Assembly (NCBI GenBank): GCA_003140595.1
Contig: PLKG01000091.1
Location: 3,647 to 67,646, forward strand
Origin: Acidimicrobiaceae bacterium
GTDB taxonomy: Bacteria > Actinomycetota > Acidimicrobiia > Acidimicrobiales > Bog-793
DNA length: 64,000 nt
Reading direction: 5' to 3'
The notes beneath the pieces were generated by a model. That model made no database searches. It was not told the origin of the DNA and saw only the letters and a list, made by a program, of their open reading frames with translations. The translations under genes were made by a program, and so were the position numbers. This document shows positions 17,704 to 27,966 of this stretch, piece by piece. Positions within the stretch are counted from its first letter, which is position 1; every line of letters starts with the position of its first letter.

Positions 17704-20403
17704 TCAGGCCTGCGCCTGGCCGTCGGGCGCTCGCGCAGGCCCCGGCACGGGTTCTCCGGCGCTGCGGCTCAGCGCTTGACTCAGCTTTGCCACAGCCTCG
17801 GCGACACCGGCTAGGTTCCTGCCGCCCGCGGTCGCCAATTCCGGGGTGCCGCCGCCTCCCCCGCCGACAGCAGTGGCGGCTACGACAGCAGCCGCTCGAG
17901 CGTCGATCCCCGAGCTCTTGGTTGTGGCGACTACGAGCGCGACCCGTTCGGGCCCGGTGACACCCACCAGGCCGACAGCCTCGACGCCCGGATGATCTCG
18001 AACAGCGATCGCAAGGTCCCTGAGCTCGCCCGCGTCAAGCCCGTCGCGACGACCAACCACCCTGCCGGCCAACGGACCTGCTGTCTCTGCGAATGCTCCG
18101 GCGGCCAGCTCGTGTGCCTCGTTGCGCAGCTGGTCCGAACGCAGGTTACGCAATTCCTCCTCGAGCACCCGTTGGCTGACCAGAAGCCGGTCGAGCGAGG
18201 ATGTGAGCTCGGAAGGTTGGGTGCGCAACCGCTGAGAGGCCTCTTCGACCGTGTGCTCGAACGCACGCAGCCGCGCAAGAGAAGCCTTGCCGGTGACGGC
18301 TTCTATGCGTCGCGTGTTCGAGCCGATCGAGGCCTCCGAGACCACCTGCAACGGGCCGATGGTCCCCAAAGAGCTCACGTGCGTGCCACCGCACAGCTCG
18401 ACTGAGTGGTGACCGGCCTCCACCACCCGCACGATGTCGCCGTACTTCTCACCAAAGAAGGCCATCGCGCCTTCACCCTCGGCCTGTTCGCGCGTCGACT
18501 CGTGGATACGGACGGGCTCGTTGGCCAGGACCTCGAAGTTCACGAGGTCCTCCACGCGCTCTATCTCCTCCTCTGACATCGGCCCGAAGTGGCTGAAGTC
18601 GAATCGCAGGCGGTCCGGGGCGACGAGCGAGCCCTGCTGGCGAACATGATCGCCCAGCACCCTGCGCAGCGCCCAGTGAAGAAGGTGCGTTCCGGTGTGA
18701 TTGCGACGGATCGACTCGCGGCGGTCGGACTCGATCGCGGCGACTGCTTCCTGTCCGGCCTCGATCGAACCCTCGATCAGGTAACCGAGGTGCCGGGTCA
18801 GGCCCTCGACCACCGACGTCGCGTCCAGCACACGGACCTTGCCGGTAGATGTGGTGACCGTCCCGGTGTCACCAACCTGGCCACCGCCCTCGGCATAAAA
18901 GGGCGACCGGTCGAGGAACACCTCGATCAGCTCCGCACCGTCGGGCGCGCTCTCACCGTCGATGTTGGCGAACGACTTGTCGACCGAGCTCGGCACGACC
19001 GCCAGTATCCGTGACTCAACGGAGGCCTCCTGGTAGCCGAGGAAGTGCGTCGGACCGAACACGGTCCTGATCTCGCTCCACGCGGCGGTCACTCCCTCCG
19101 GCGCCGAGGTGACCGCCCGGCCCGCCTCACGGGCGCGTTGGCGCTGCTCTGCCATCGCCAGGTCGAAACCCTGACGGTCGACCTCGATCCCGCGCTCGCG
19201 CGCGATCTCCTCGGTCAGGTCGATCGGGAAGCCGTAGGTGTCGTGCAGCTGGAAGGCGACGTCTCCCCCGACGGCCGAGCCACCCGCCGCCAGCTCCGCC
19301 TCGAGCAGGGTCGTGCCGGACCGCAGCGTGCGCAGGAACGCCTCCTCCTCGTGCAGGGCTATCCGCTTTATGAGCTCCCGGTCGCGTTGCAGCTTGGGGT
19401 ACGCCGTTGCCATGACCTCGGCCACCACGTCGATGACCCCCGGGGTCACGAGTCCTTTGGCGCCCAACCGCTGGGCCACGAGCACAGCCCGGCGGATGAG
19501 GCGCCGTAGCACATAGCCGCGGCTCTCGTTCGAAGGGAAGACCCCGTCAGAGATGAGGAAGGTGAGGGTGCGGGCGTGGTCGGCGACGATGCGAAGGCCG
19601 ATGTCGGTCTCCTCGGTACTCCCGTAGACCCGGCCCGTGGCTGCCGAGGCGGCCTCGAGGATCGGCGCGACGAGATCGGTGTCGAAGACCGACTCGACGC
19701 CCTGGATCTGGGTGAGGATCCGGTCGAGCCCGGCTCCGGTGTCGATGTTCCGCCGCGGGAGCTCGGTGAGCGAACCGTCATGGTGCCTTTCATACTGCAT
19801 GAACACCAGGTTCCAGAGCTCCACATAGCGCTCTCCGCCCTGAGCCGGTCCACCGCCGGGCCCGTACTGCGGTCCCCGGTCGAAGAAGATCTCCGAGCAC
19901 GGGCCACAAGGTCCCGTCTCACCCATCTTCCAGAAGTTGTCCTCGTCGAGCCGCTGCAAACGACCTCCGAGCAGGCCGGGTACGTCGCGCCAGAGAGCTT
20001 CGGCCTCGTCGTCAGAGACGTGGACCGTGACCCAGAGTTGCTCGGGGTCGAGACCCAGACCCTCGGTGAACAACTCCCACGCGTAAGCGATCGCAAGATC
20101 CTTGAAGTATTCGCCGAAGCTGAAGTTCCCCAGCATCTCGAAGAAGGTCACGTGCCGCGACGTGGTGCCGATCACATCGATGTCGACGGTGCGCACACAT
20201 GGTTGCACCGTCGTCGCCCGGGGCCCCGGCGGCGGGGACTCGCCCAGGAAGTAAGGCTTGAACTGAACCATGCCCGCGATCGTGAAAAGCATCGTCGGGT
20301 CGTTCGGCACCAGACTCGCTGCCGGGAGCGCGAGGTGACCACGATCGACGAAGAACTTTGTGAAGGTGTTTCGCAGCTGGTCCGCGTTCACCTCTCGCCT
20401 CAC
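17704..20403 (-). CDS. alaS: Alanine--tRNA ligase
   Basis: 899 aa. FTIAGMVQFKPYF, WNLVFMQY, editing-domain HTGTHLLH and CGGTHV. GTGA junction with rarA. Confidence 0.95.
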   Translation of the reverse strand: MRREVNADQLRNTFTKFFVDRGHLALPAASLVPNDPTMLFTIAGMVQFKPYFLGESPPPGPRATTVQPCVRTVDIDVIGTTSRHVTFFEMLGNFSFGEYFKDLAIAYAWELFTEGLGLDPEQLWVTVHVSDDEAEALWRDVPGLLGGRLQRLDEDNFWKMGETGPCGPCSEIFFDRGPQYGPGGGPAQGGERYVELWNLVFMQYERHHDGSLTELPRRNIDTGAGLDRILTQIQGVESVFDTDLVAPILEAASAATGRVYGSTEETDIGLRIVADHARTLTFLISDGVFPSNESRGYVLRRLIRRAVLVAQRLGAKGLVTPGVIDVVAEVMATAYPKLQRDRELIKRIALHEEEAFLRTLRSGTTLLEAELAAGGSAVGGDVAFQLHDTYGFPIDLTEEIARERGIEVDRQGFDLAMAEQRQRAREAGRAVTSAPEGVTAAWSEIRTVFGPTHFLGYQEASVESRILAVVPSSVDKSFANIDGESAPDGAELIEVFLDRSPFYAEGGGQVGDTGTVTTSTGKVRVLDATSVVEGLTRHLGYLIEGSIEAGQEAVAAIESDRRESIRRNHTGTHLLHWALRRVLGDHVRQQGSLVAPDRLRFDFSHFGPMSEEEIERVEDLVNFEVLANEPVRIHESTREQAEGEGAMAFFGEKYGDIVRVVEAGHHSVELCGGTHVSSLGTIGPLQVVSEASIGSNTRRIEAVTGKASLARLRAFEHTVEEASQRLRTQPSELTSSLDRLLVSQRVLEEELRNLRSDQLRNEAHELAAGAFAETAGPLAGRVVGRRDGLDAGELRDLAIAVRDHPGVEAVGLVGVTGPERVALVVATTKSSGIDARAAAVVAATAVGGGGGGTPELATAGGRNLAGVAEAVAKLSQALSRSAGEPVPGPARAPDGQAQA

Positions 20404-21809
20404 TTCTCCTTGGCTGTGTCTAGTTGTCCGAGCTCTGAACCCTGTTCGCCCCGCCGTGCCCGCCAGCGCTCGGCGAGCCCCTTCTCGGCACCGTGTTGCG
20501 AAGGCTCGTAGTAGCGACGCCCGAGGAGTCCTTCTGGCAGGTAAACGGCTTCGACGAACCCTCGTGGGTCATCGTGAGGATACTCGTAGCCCACGCCGTG
20601 CCCGAGCTCCCCGGCGCCGCGGTAGTGAGCGTCGCGCAGCTCCGGCGGCACAGGCCCGAGAGGGCGTCGCCTGACGTCACCCTGTGCCGCCCACCACGCG
20701 AGCGCGGCGCGGTTCGACTTAGGGGCGAGCGCGAGGTGCACGACTGCTTGGGCCAGGTTCAAGCCGGCCTCGGGAAGCCCGACGAACTCGACTGCCTGGG
20801 CCGCCGCGGTGGCGATGCCAAGTGCGTGCGGATCGGCCATTCCAACGTCTTCGCTGGCCAGGATCACAAGTCGCCGTGCGACAAAACGCGGGTCCTCGCC
20901 TGCCTCGAGGAGGCGGGCCATCCAGTAGAGGCCCGCGTCGGGATCCGAACCTCGCACACTCTTGATGAGAGCCGAGATCAGGTCGTAATGCTCCTCGCGG
21001 CCATGGCGGAAGGCACGCGTCTCGCGAGCACCCTCGATGTCCTCGATGGTGATCGTGGGCAACTGTGCGGGTGCGGCGCCCGGCTCTACCGAGGTGCTCC
21101 GGGCTCGCGCCCGCGCAAGGGCCATCGCCACTTCCAGGGTCGTCAGCACCGCCCGGGCATCACCTTCGGCCAGGTCGACCAGACGTGCCAATGCGTCCGG
21201 ACCGGCCTCGAACCCCTCGACGCGCAACGCACGCTCTACCAGCTCGCGAAGCTCTGCCGGCCTCAGCGCCTCGAACCGCCAGAGCGTCGAGCGACTGAGC
21301 AGCGGGGCGTTCAGAGCGAAGAACGGGTTCTCCGTAGTCGCGCCCACAAGGATGATCACCCCCTCCTCGACACCCGAAAGGAGAGCGTCCTGCTGGGCCT
21401 TGTTGAAACGATGTACCTCGTCGAGGAACAGGATCGTCCCCCGGCCTTCGGCACCGAGTGCGAAGCGGGCTTGGTCGAGCTCGTTCCGCACGTCCTTCAC
21501 TCCGGCATCGACTGCCGAAAGCGCCCGGAACCGGCGAGCCGTGTGCTCCGCGAGCAGGCGCGCCACCGTCGTCTTGCCCGTGCCGGGAGGACCGAAGAAC
21601 ACCGCAGAGCTCAGCCGGTCATCCTCCAAAAGAGCGCGAAGCGGGGCACCAGGACCGAGAAGATGGCGTTGGCCGACGACTTCGTCCAGCCGGGTGGGGC
21701 GTAACCTGGCCGCCAGCGGCGCCCGGACCTTCAGGTCGTCTGCGGCCGCGACATCGAACAGGTCGGGAGGGTGGCCGCTGCCCGCCCGGCTGGAAGGGCC
21801 GGGCGTCAC
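20400..21809 (-). CDS. rarA: Replication-associated recombination protein A (RarA/MgsA AAA+ ATPase)
   Basis: Walker A GPPGTGKTT, FLDEVHRFNKAQQD, C-terminal MgsA block YEYPHD. Confidence 0.9.
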   Translation of the reverse strand: MTPGPSSRAGSGHPPDLFDVAAADDLKVRAPLAARLRPTRLDEVVGQRHLLGPGAPLRALLEDDRLSSAVFFGPPGTGKTTVARLLAEHTARRFRALSAVDAGVKDVRNELDQARFALGAEGRGTILFLDEVHRFNKAQQDALLSGVEEGVIILVGATTENPFFALNAPLLSRSTLWRFEALRPAELRELVERALRVEGFEAGPDALARLVDLAEGDARAVLTTLEVAMALARARARSTSVEPGAAPAQLPTITIEDIEGARETRAFRHGREEHYDLISALIKSVRGSDPDAGLYWMARLLEAGEDPRFVARRLVILASEDVGMADPHALGIATAAAQAVEFVGLPEAGLNLAQAVVHLALAPKSNRAALAWWAAQGDVRRRPLGPVPPELRDAHYRGAGELGHGVGYEYPHDDPRGFVEAVYLPEGLLGRRYYEPSQHGAEKGLAERWRARRGEQGSELGQLDTAKEK

Positions 21810-23590
21810 GCTCCGGACACGCGCGACGCGCCCGACGCTGGAGGCGACACGACCCGGATACCCAGCTCTGCAAGGGCCTTGTCCGTCAGGGGCTTCGGAG
21901 CGCCTGACATCAGATCGGCCCCGGACTGGGTCTTCGGGTAGGCGATCACCTCACGGATGTTGTCCTCGCCGGCGAGCAACGCCACAAACCGGTCCAGACC
22001 GACCGCAAAACCACCGTGCGGCGGAGCACCGTAACGGAACGCTCCGAGAAGGAAGCCGAAACGTGACTCTGCGTCCTCGTCGGTTATCCCGAGCGCCTTG
22101 AAGACGCGGCGCTGGACGTCCGCGCGGTGGATACGGATGCTCCCCGACCCCAGCTCCCAGCCGTTCAGCACCAGGTCATAACTCTGTGAACGCACCCTCA
22201 ACGGATCTGTCTCGAGCATGTCGATGTCGTCGGGGTGCGGCATCGTGAACGGGTGGTGCGCCGCGACCAGGTGTCCCTCGTCGTCGACGCCCTCGAAGAG
22301 GGGGAACTCGGTGATCCAGCAGAAGCGGAACGGCCGTTGGCTGACGGCGGGCTGACCAAGGTCGAGGCGCAGCTGGCCCAGCACCTTGCACGTAGGTTCC
22401 CGCTCACCTGCGACGACGAGCACTAGGTCGCCTGGCTCGGCGGAGGTCGCATCCACGATGCGGCGCTGGTGGGCCTCGGAGATGAACTTCGCGACCGGGG
22501 ACTCGAGCACGTCTTCCGCCCGTGCTCGCATCCACACGAGGCCCGCAGCCCCGAGCTGCTGTGCACGAGCGACAAGCGCGTCGAGGCGGCTCCGTGGCCA
22601 CTCCCCCGCCCCGGACACCGAGATGGCACGGACACAAGGCGCCTTGAAGGCGTTGAACTCAGCGCCGGCGACGGACTCGGTGAGGTCGACGAGCTCCATC
22701 CCAAAGCGCAGGTCCGGCTTGTCGGTCCCGAACCTGTCGAGAGCCTGGTTCCAGGTCATCGTGGCGATCGCAGGTGGCCGCTCACCGCTGACCGCGAACG
22801 TCGCTTCGATGACGGCCTCGCTGACGAACTCGAGGATCTCTGCCTGACCCACGAAAGATGCCTCGATGTCGAGCTGGGTGAACTCGAACTGTCGATCCGC
22901 ACGTAGGTCCTCGTCCCTCATGCAGCGAGCGATCTGGTAGTAGCGGTCGAAACCGCCCACCATGAGCAGCTGCTTGGCGATCTGAGGACTTTGTGGCAAG
23001 ACATAGAACGAGCCGCGCTGCAGGCGCGACGGGATCGCGAACTCACGTGCTCCTTCGGGCGTCGGCGTCCACAGCAGAGGAGTCTCGATCTCGACGAACC
23101 CCTGGCGTTCCATGGCCCTGCGCAGCGCGCTGTTCACCTGTGCACGCAGCCTCAAATTGTGCTGCATACGGTCGGTGCGCAGGTCGAGGTACCGGTAGCG
23201 CAGCCGTACCGCCTCGTCGGTCTCCGACCGCGCGTCGAGCGAGAACGGCGGGGCTTCCGCACTCGAGAGGAGCTCGACCTCGCAGTCGCCGAGCTCGACC
23301 TCGCCCGTCGACAGCCCGGGGTTCACCTTGTCCTCCGGACGAAGACGTACGGTGCCCGTCACGCGGAGCACCTGCTCGGCTCGCAGGTCGCGTGCTCCGT
23401 CGACGACGCACTGGATGATCCCGGTGTGATCGCGGAGATCCGCGAATGCCAGGTGCTCACCGTGCTCGCGCCGGCGCGCCAGCCAGCCGCATACGCTGAC
23501 TGTCCTCCCAGAATCTGCAGCCCGCAGGGAACCGCAATACGCGGTACGCAGTCCTGCGGGAACCAATGTCTCGTCGCTCGTCAGGCTCAT
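21806..23590 (-). CDS. aspS: Aspartate--tRNA ligase
   Basis: 594 aa. Class II motifs: CMRDEDLRADRQFEFTQLD, GSGSIRIH, GGFAVGLDR. ATGA junction with hisS. Confidence 0.95.
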   Translation of the reverse strand: MSLTSDETLVPAGLRTAYCGSLRAADSGRTVSVCGWLARRREHGEHLAFADLRDHTGIIQCVVDGARDLRAEQVLRVTGTVRLRPEDKVNPGLSTGEVELGDCEVELLSSAEAPPFSLDARSETDEAVRLRYRYLDLRTDRMQHNLRLRAQVNSALRRAMERQGFVEIETPLLWTPTPEGAREFAIPSRLQRGSFYVLPQSPQIAKQLLMVGGFDRYYQIARCMRDEDLRADRQFEFTQLDIEASFVGQAEILEFVSEAVIEATFAVSGERPPAIATMTWNQALDRFGTDKPDLRFGMELVDLTESVAGAEFNAFKAPCVRAISVSGAGEWPRSRLDALVARAQQLGAAGLVWMRARAEDVLESPVAKFISEAHQRRIVDATSAEPGDLVLVVAGEREPTCKVLGQLRLDLGQPAVSQRPFRFCWITEFPLFEGVDDEGHLVAAHHPFTMPHPDDIDMLETDPLRVRSQSYDLVLNGWELGSGSIRIHRADVQRRVFKALGITDEDAESRFGFLLGAFRYGAPPHGGFAVGLDRFVALLAGEDNIREVIAYPKTQSGADLMSGAPKPLTDKALAELGIRVVSPPASGASRVSGA

Positions 23591-24855
23591 CTCGACCTCG
23601 TGATCTGACCGAGACGAGCTACAAGCCCGTTTCGGTCCACTTTCTCTTGCAAGTGCGCGTCCGAACCGCGCAGCACCCGGATGGTGACAAGGCCCGCCGC
23701 GACATCTTCTGCACCAACGATGCAGGCCACTCTCGCGCCCGAGCGGTCCGCTGCCTTCAATTGCGCCTTCATAGAGCGTGCATCGAACGCCCGATCTACG
23801 GCCAGGCCGGCAGCCCTCAGCTCATGGGTGAGCTCGAGCGCGATCCCCTCCCGGCTCGAGTCCACGACAAATGCGTCGAGGGCGGTGCTGAGCCTAAGGT
23901 CACCGGGAGAAAGGACGCCGTCTGCATTGCATGCGAGCAGGATCCGCTCGATGCCCGCTCCGAAGCCGACGCCGGACACCTCCGGGCCACCGAGCGCGGC
24001 CACGAGCCCGTCGTAGCGGCCGCCTCCTCCGACTCCCTCGAGGACGTCCGAGCCGTACTCGAAGGTCGTACGGGTGTAGTAGTCGAGACCCCGGACGAGG
24101 TAGTCGTCCTCCTCATAGGTGATGGCGAGCCGGTCGAGGCCACCGAGGACCGCGGCGAAGTGCAGCCGGCAGTCCTTGCACAGCGCGTCACGCAGCTTCG
24201 GCGCGCCCGCGCTCAGTCCCCGGCATTCCGGGCGCTTGCAATCGAGGATGCGCAGGGGGTTCGCGGACCACTTGTAGCGATGCTCGTCGCACAATTCGTC
24301 GGCGTGCGACTCGAGATAGGCCGCCAACTGCGCTCGATAACCCGGAGCGCAGTTGTTGTCCCCGAGGGAGTTGACCCGCAGACGCAACGACGACAGTCCA
24401 AGGTCCGCGTACAGCGCGGCCAGGAGCGAGATCACCTCCACGTCGGCCATCGGATCGTCGGTGCCGAGAGTCTCGACGCCCAGCTGGTGGTGCTGGCGGA
24501 ACCGCCCAGCCTGGGGCCGCTCGTAGCGGAACATGGGCGCCGCGTACCAGGCCTTGAAAGGCAGCACCGGGGAATGCTGCACAAAGGCCCGGACTACCGA
24601 GGCCGTGCCTTCGGGGCGTAGCGCGATGTCGCGACCACCGCGATCGGTGAACTCGTACATCTCCTTTGTGACCACGTCGGACGAGTCCCCCGAGCTCCGG
24701 CGGAACACCTCGGCGTCCTCGAAGCCCGGGCTGACGACCAGGCCGAACCCGAAGCGTTGGGCGAGAACGGCAAAACGTCCTACGAGCTCAGACCAGCGCG
24801 CGCTCTCCGGAGCGAGGATGTCCTGGGTTCCCTTCGGGGACTGGAAGCGGGTCAC
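23587..24855 (-). CDS. hisS: Histidine--tRNA ligase
   Basis: SPKGTQDILAPE, FRYERPQAGRFRQHHQ, GGGRYDGL. GTGA junction with relA. Confidence 0.95.
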   Translation of the reverse strand: MTRFQSPKGTQDILAPESARWSELVGRFAVLAQRFGFGLVVSPGFEDAEVFRRSSGDSSDVVTKEMYEFTDRGGRDIALRPEGTASVVRAFVQHSPVLPFKAWYAAPMFRYERPQAGRFRQHHQLGVETLGTDDPMADVEVISLLAALYADLGLSSLRLRVNSLGDNNCAPGYRAQLAAYLESHADELCDEHRYKWSANPLRILDCKRPECRGLSAGAPKLRDALCKDCRLHFAAVLGGLDRLAITYEEDDYLVRGLDYYTRTTFEYGSDVLEGVGGGGRYDGLVAALGGPEVSGVGFGAGIERILLACNADGVLSPGDLRLSTALDAFVVDSSREGIALELTHELRAAGLAVDRAFDARSMKAQLKAADRSGARVACIVGAEDVAAGLVTIRVLRGSDAHLQEKVDRNGLVARLGQITRSR

Positions 24856-27179
24856 CCGCCGGACGGTGCTAGAGCACCGCTCCTCCCGGGAACAAGCCGG
24901 TAGGCGTCGTAGACGCTGTCCAGCAGCCTGAGATTGTCCAGAAGCGAGTCGAGGTGCTCGGGATCGGCGAGCTCGAATTCGAAACGCATGCGGCTCACCC
25001 TATCTGGCGTCGTATGGGTCGACGAGGAGATGATGCTCACGTGGTGCTCTGAGAGCACCTTGGCGACGTCGGCCAGGAGCCGGTTCCGGTCCAGCGCCTT
25101 GACCTCGATCGCGGCGACGAAGACTCCCGTGCGGTCCTCGTCCCACTCCACCTCGATCAGGCGCTCCTTCTCGTCAGCGGCGAGGGCGATCGCGTTCGCA
25201 CAGTCCTCCCGGTGCACCGACACTCCGCGCCCACGCGTGACAAAGCCGATCACCCGGTCTCCCGGCACCGGCGTGCAGCACCGGGACAAACGGACCATCA
25301 CATCGTCGAGACCCTCGACGTAGATGCCTGTCGAGACGCGACGGTGGCTCGGCCTCCTGGGCTGGAGGGCTGTCGAAGGCAGCTGCTCCTCGCCCTCGCC
25401 CCCGCGGAGCTCTCGCTCGATGCGTTGGACGAGCGCCTGTCCCGAGACGTGGCCTTCGCCGATCGCGGCGTGCAGCGAGTCGAGGTCGGCGTGACCGAGC
25501 GATGTCGCTACGGCCAGCAGTGCGGGCGAGCTCTGGAGCTTCTGGACCGGGAGCCCTCCACGTCTGAGTGCCCGCGCCAGTTCCTCGCGCCCGGTCTCGA
25601 TCGCGTCCTCGCGACGCTCACGGGAGAACCATTGACGGATCTTGTTGCGGGCTCGCGGCGAGGCGACGATCTGCAACCAGTCACGAGAAGGGCCCGCCGA
25701 TGGAGTCTTGGATGTCACGATCTCGACTGTGTCGCCCGAATGCAGCTTCGAGTCCAGTGGGAGCAGGCGCCCGTTGACCCGCGCCCCGACACAGCGGTGC
25801 CCGACCTCTGTGTGGATCGCGTACGCGAAGTCGACAGGCGTCGCGCCTGCGGGCAGGGTGACAATCAGGCCCTTCGGGGTGAAAACGTACACTTCGTCCT
25901 GCTCGAGGTCGATCTTCAGCGTCTCAAGAAACTCCACGGGGTCAGGGGTCTCCCGCTCCCAGTCGACGATTCGTTGCAGCCAGGCGATCTCGTCTGTTGA
26001 GCGCGCGCCTCGTTGGGCCGAAGCCTTGCTGGCGGCTGCGGACTTGCCACCGGAGGACTCCTTGTAGCCCCAGTGAGCGGCGATCCCGTACTCGGCGCGC
26101 CGGTGCATCTCTTGGGTCCGAATCTGGATCTCGAGCGGCTTGACCCGCGGACCGACGACGGTGGTGTGCAGGGACTGGTAGAGGTTGAACTTCGGCGAGT
26201 TGACGTAATCCTTGAATCGGCCCTGAACCGGTGGCCAAAGGGCGTGCACGGTCCCGAGCGCCGCCCAGCAGTCCTTCTCGGCGGTGACGACCACACGGAT
26301 CGCCACCAAATCGTGAATCTCGTCGAACTCCTTGCCCCGCACCACCATCTTCTCGTAGATGCTCCACAAGTTCTTCGGGCGTCCGGTGACCTCAGCCTCG
26401 ATCCCGGCCGCGCCGAGCCGGGAACGGACGACCTCCAGAACCTCGGCGAGCTCTACCTCACGCCGCGGAGCGCGCGTGGCGACCATCTGTGCGATCTCCG
26501 CGAAACGCTTCGGATGAAGCGTCTCGAACGCAAGATCCTCCAACTGCCACTTGATCTCCTGGATCCCCAAGCGATGGGCCAGCGGAGCGTAGATGTCGCG
26601 GGTCTCCTCCGCGGTGCGTCGCTGCTTGTCCTCGGGCATCACCGACAACGTCCGCATGTTGTGCAGGCGATCCGCCAGCTTGATGACCAGCACCCTCCAG
26701 TCACTCGCCATCGCGATGAGCATCTTGCGCATCGTGGCGGCTTGCTGCGCCTCCCTTGAGTCGAAACGGAGCCGGTCCAACTTCGTGACCCCGTCGACGA
26801 TCGCCGCCACCGCCGGACCGAATTCCCCTTCGATCTGGGCCAGAGTCACGCCGGTGTCCTCGACCGCGTCGTGAAGCAAGGCCGCGGCGGCACTGACTGT
26901 GTCCAGCCCGAGATCGGCGATGATGGTGGCAACGGCGACTGGATGGGTGATGTACGGCTCGCCGGAGAGCCTGAGTTGACCTTCGTGAGCCTTGGCCGCC
27001 AGGGCATGCGCCCGTCTCACCAAGTCGAGATCCTCGCCGCCACGCCGGGTCCTCAGGGTCGAGAGAATCCCTTCCACTTCAGAAGTTGGGGGCGGGATGA
27101 GGGCCCGGGCGGGGTTCTCCGGGGACACCTCACCAAGTTCGCCAGTCGACCCGGCCAACACTGGATCGACCACGGACAT
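24852..27179 (-). CDS. relA: Bifunctional (p)ppGpp synthetase/hydrolase (RelA/SpoT homologue)
   Basis: 775 aa. HD hydrolase block LLHDAVEDT, synthetase block GRPKNLWSIYEKM, TGS and C-terminal ACT-like regions. Confidence 0.93.
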   Translation of the reverse strand: MSVVDPVLAGSTGELGEVSPENPARALIPPPTSEVEGILSTLRTRRGGEDLDLVRRAHALAAKAHEGQLRLSGEPYITHPVAVATIIADLGLDTVSAAAALLHDAVEDTGVTLAQIEGEFGPAVAAIVDGVTKLDRLRFDSREAQQAATMRKMLIAMASDWRVLVIKLADRLHNMRTLSVMPEDKQRRTAEETRDIYAPLAHRLGIQEIKWQLEDLAFETLHPKRFAEIAQMVATRAPRREVELAEVLEVVRSRLGAAGIEAEVTGRPKNLWSIYEKMVVRGKEFDEIHDLVAIRVVVTAEKDCWAALGTVHALWPPVQGRFKDYVNSPKFNLYQSLHTTVVGPRVKPLEIQIRTQEMHRRAEYGIAAHWGYKESSGGKSAAASKASAQRGARSTDEIAWLQRIVDWERETPDPVEFLETLKIDLEQDEVYVFTPKGLIVTLPAGATPVDFAYAIHTEVGHRCVGARVNGRLLPLDSKLHSGDTVEIVTSKTPSAGPSRDWLQIVASPRARNKIRQWFSRERREDAIETGREELARALRRGGLPVQKLQSSPALLAVATSLGHADLDSLHAAIGEGHVSGQALVQRIERELRGGEGEEQLPSTALQPRRPSHRRVSTGIYVEGLDDVMVRLSRCCTPVPGDRVIGFVTRGRGVSVHREDCANAIALAADEKERLIEVEWDEDRTGVFVAAIEVKALDRNRLLADVAKVLSEHHVSIISSSTHTTPDRVSRMRFEFELADPEHLDSLLDNLRLLDSVYDAYRLVPGRSGALAPSGG

Positions 27180-27315
27180 GACCTAAATCTACCTGTTGAG
27201 AGTGACCCGACCAGCGTGTTCACACCAGGCCGGCGGTCGCTCGGGCTCATGGCTCAAATAGACTTCCTGGTTAGGACCTCGACACAGAATCGACGCCGGC
27301 AGAAAGGACCAGCCC

Positions 27316-27966
27316 GTGACCACCACCTCGGACCTCGGGCTCGACCCGGATGAAGGGCTCGAGACACCTGTCGCCCGTCGCGCCGCGCCGCCGTCGCTCC
27401 GGCCCGCGCTCGTGGTTCTCACATGCGCGGTCGTACTGTCGGTTGGCGGCTTCGCTGTTGCCCTCATCGGCAGCGGGCAGTCGGCTCCATCGACTGTCAC
27501 CGGCCTCGCAACGCCGGTGCCGGGCGTGAACCTCTCCGCGGTGAACGCGTCAAGAGTGCTGCAACGGATCTCGACCGGTGACCTGCCGCCGCGCGACATC
27601 TCCGAGGCGCTGGTCGTGCCCAATGGTGCGCGGATCCTCAGCACGACCGCCCAAGACGCCGGCGTCGACCAGTACGACCGCAGCATCTACTTCCAGCTCG
27701 ATGCCAAGTCCACCGAGCTCGTCCAGTTCTACCGGACAGAGCTCGGCAGAGCTCACTGGACTCTTCTCGGGACTTACCCGTTGGCTAGCGGAGGAACCGA
27801 GCTCTTGGCCCAGCGGACGGGATCCGACGGCTACGAGTGGGAGGTTGGAGTCGAAGTCACCACGGTCAGCCCCGCGATCTCGCCCTCGCTCGCCGGCGAC
27901 GGGCAGACCTCGGCCGCGATTGGACTGAGACTTCGGCTGTTCGTGGTCCCCGACAGCGGTTCTTGA
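27316..27966 (+). CDS. Hypothetical membrane-anchored (N-terminal TM) extracytoplasmic protein
   Basis: GTG start. One N-terminal hydrophobic segment PALVVLTCAVVLSVGGFAVALIG, then a ~150-aa soluble domain. No family recognised. Confidence 0.55.
   Translation: MTTTSDLGLDPDEGLETPVARRAAPPSLRPALVVLTCAVVLSVGGFAVALIGSGQSAPSTVTGLATPVPGVNLSAVNASRVLQRISTGDLPPRDISEALVVPNGARILSTTAQDAGVDQYDRSIYFQLDAKSTELVQFYRTELGRAHWTLLGTYPLASGGTELLAQRTGSDGYEWEVGVEVTTVSPAISPSLAGDGQTSAAIGLRLRLFVVPDSGS

Noticed and set aside
20493-22101. 403-aa and 354-aa plus-strand ORFs (20493..21704 and 21037..22101)
   Set aside because: They are antisense to rarA and aspS, with shadow-ORF composition (Arg/Ser/Pro-rich). Similar shadows that I also rejected: 23566..24621, 19576..20511, 16914..17960, 13808..14827, 6003..7223, 29491..30480, 32396..33409, 35253..36083, 37085..38020, 41808..42503, 57551..58618 and 59726..60820.
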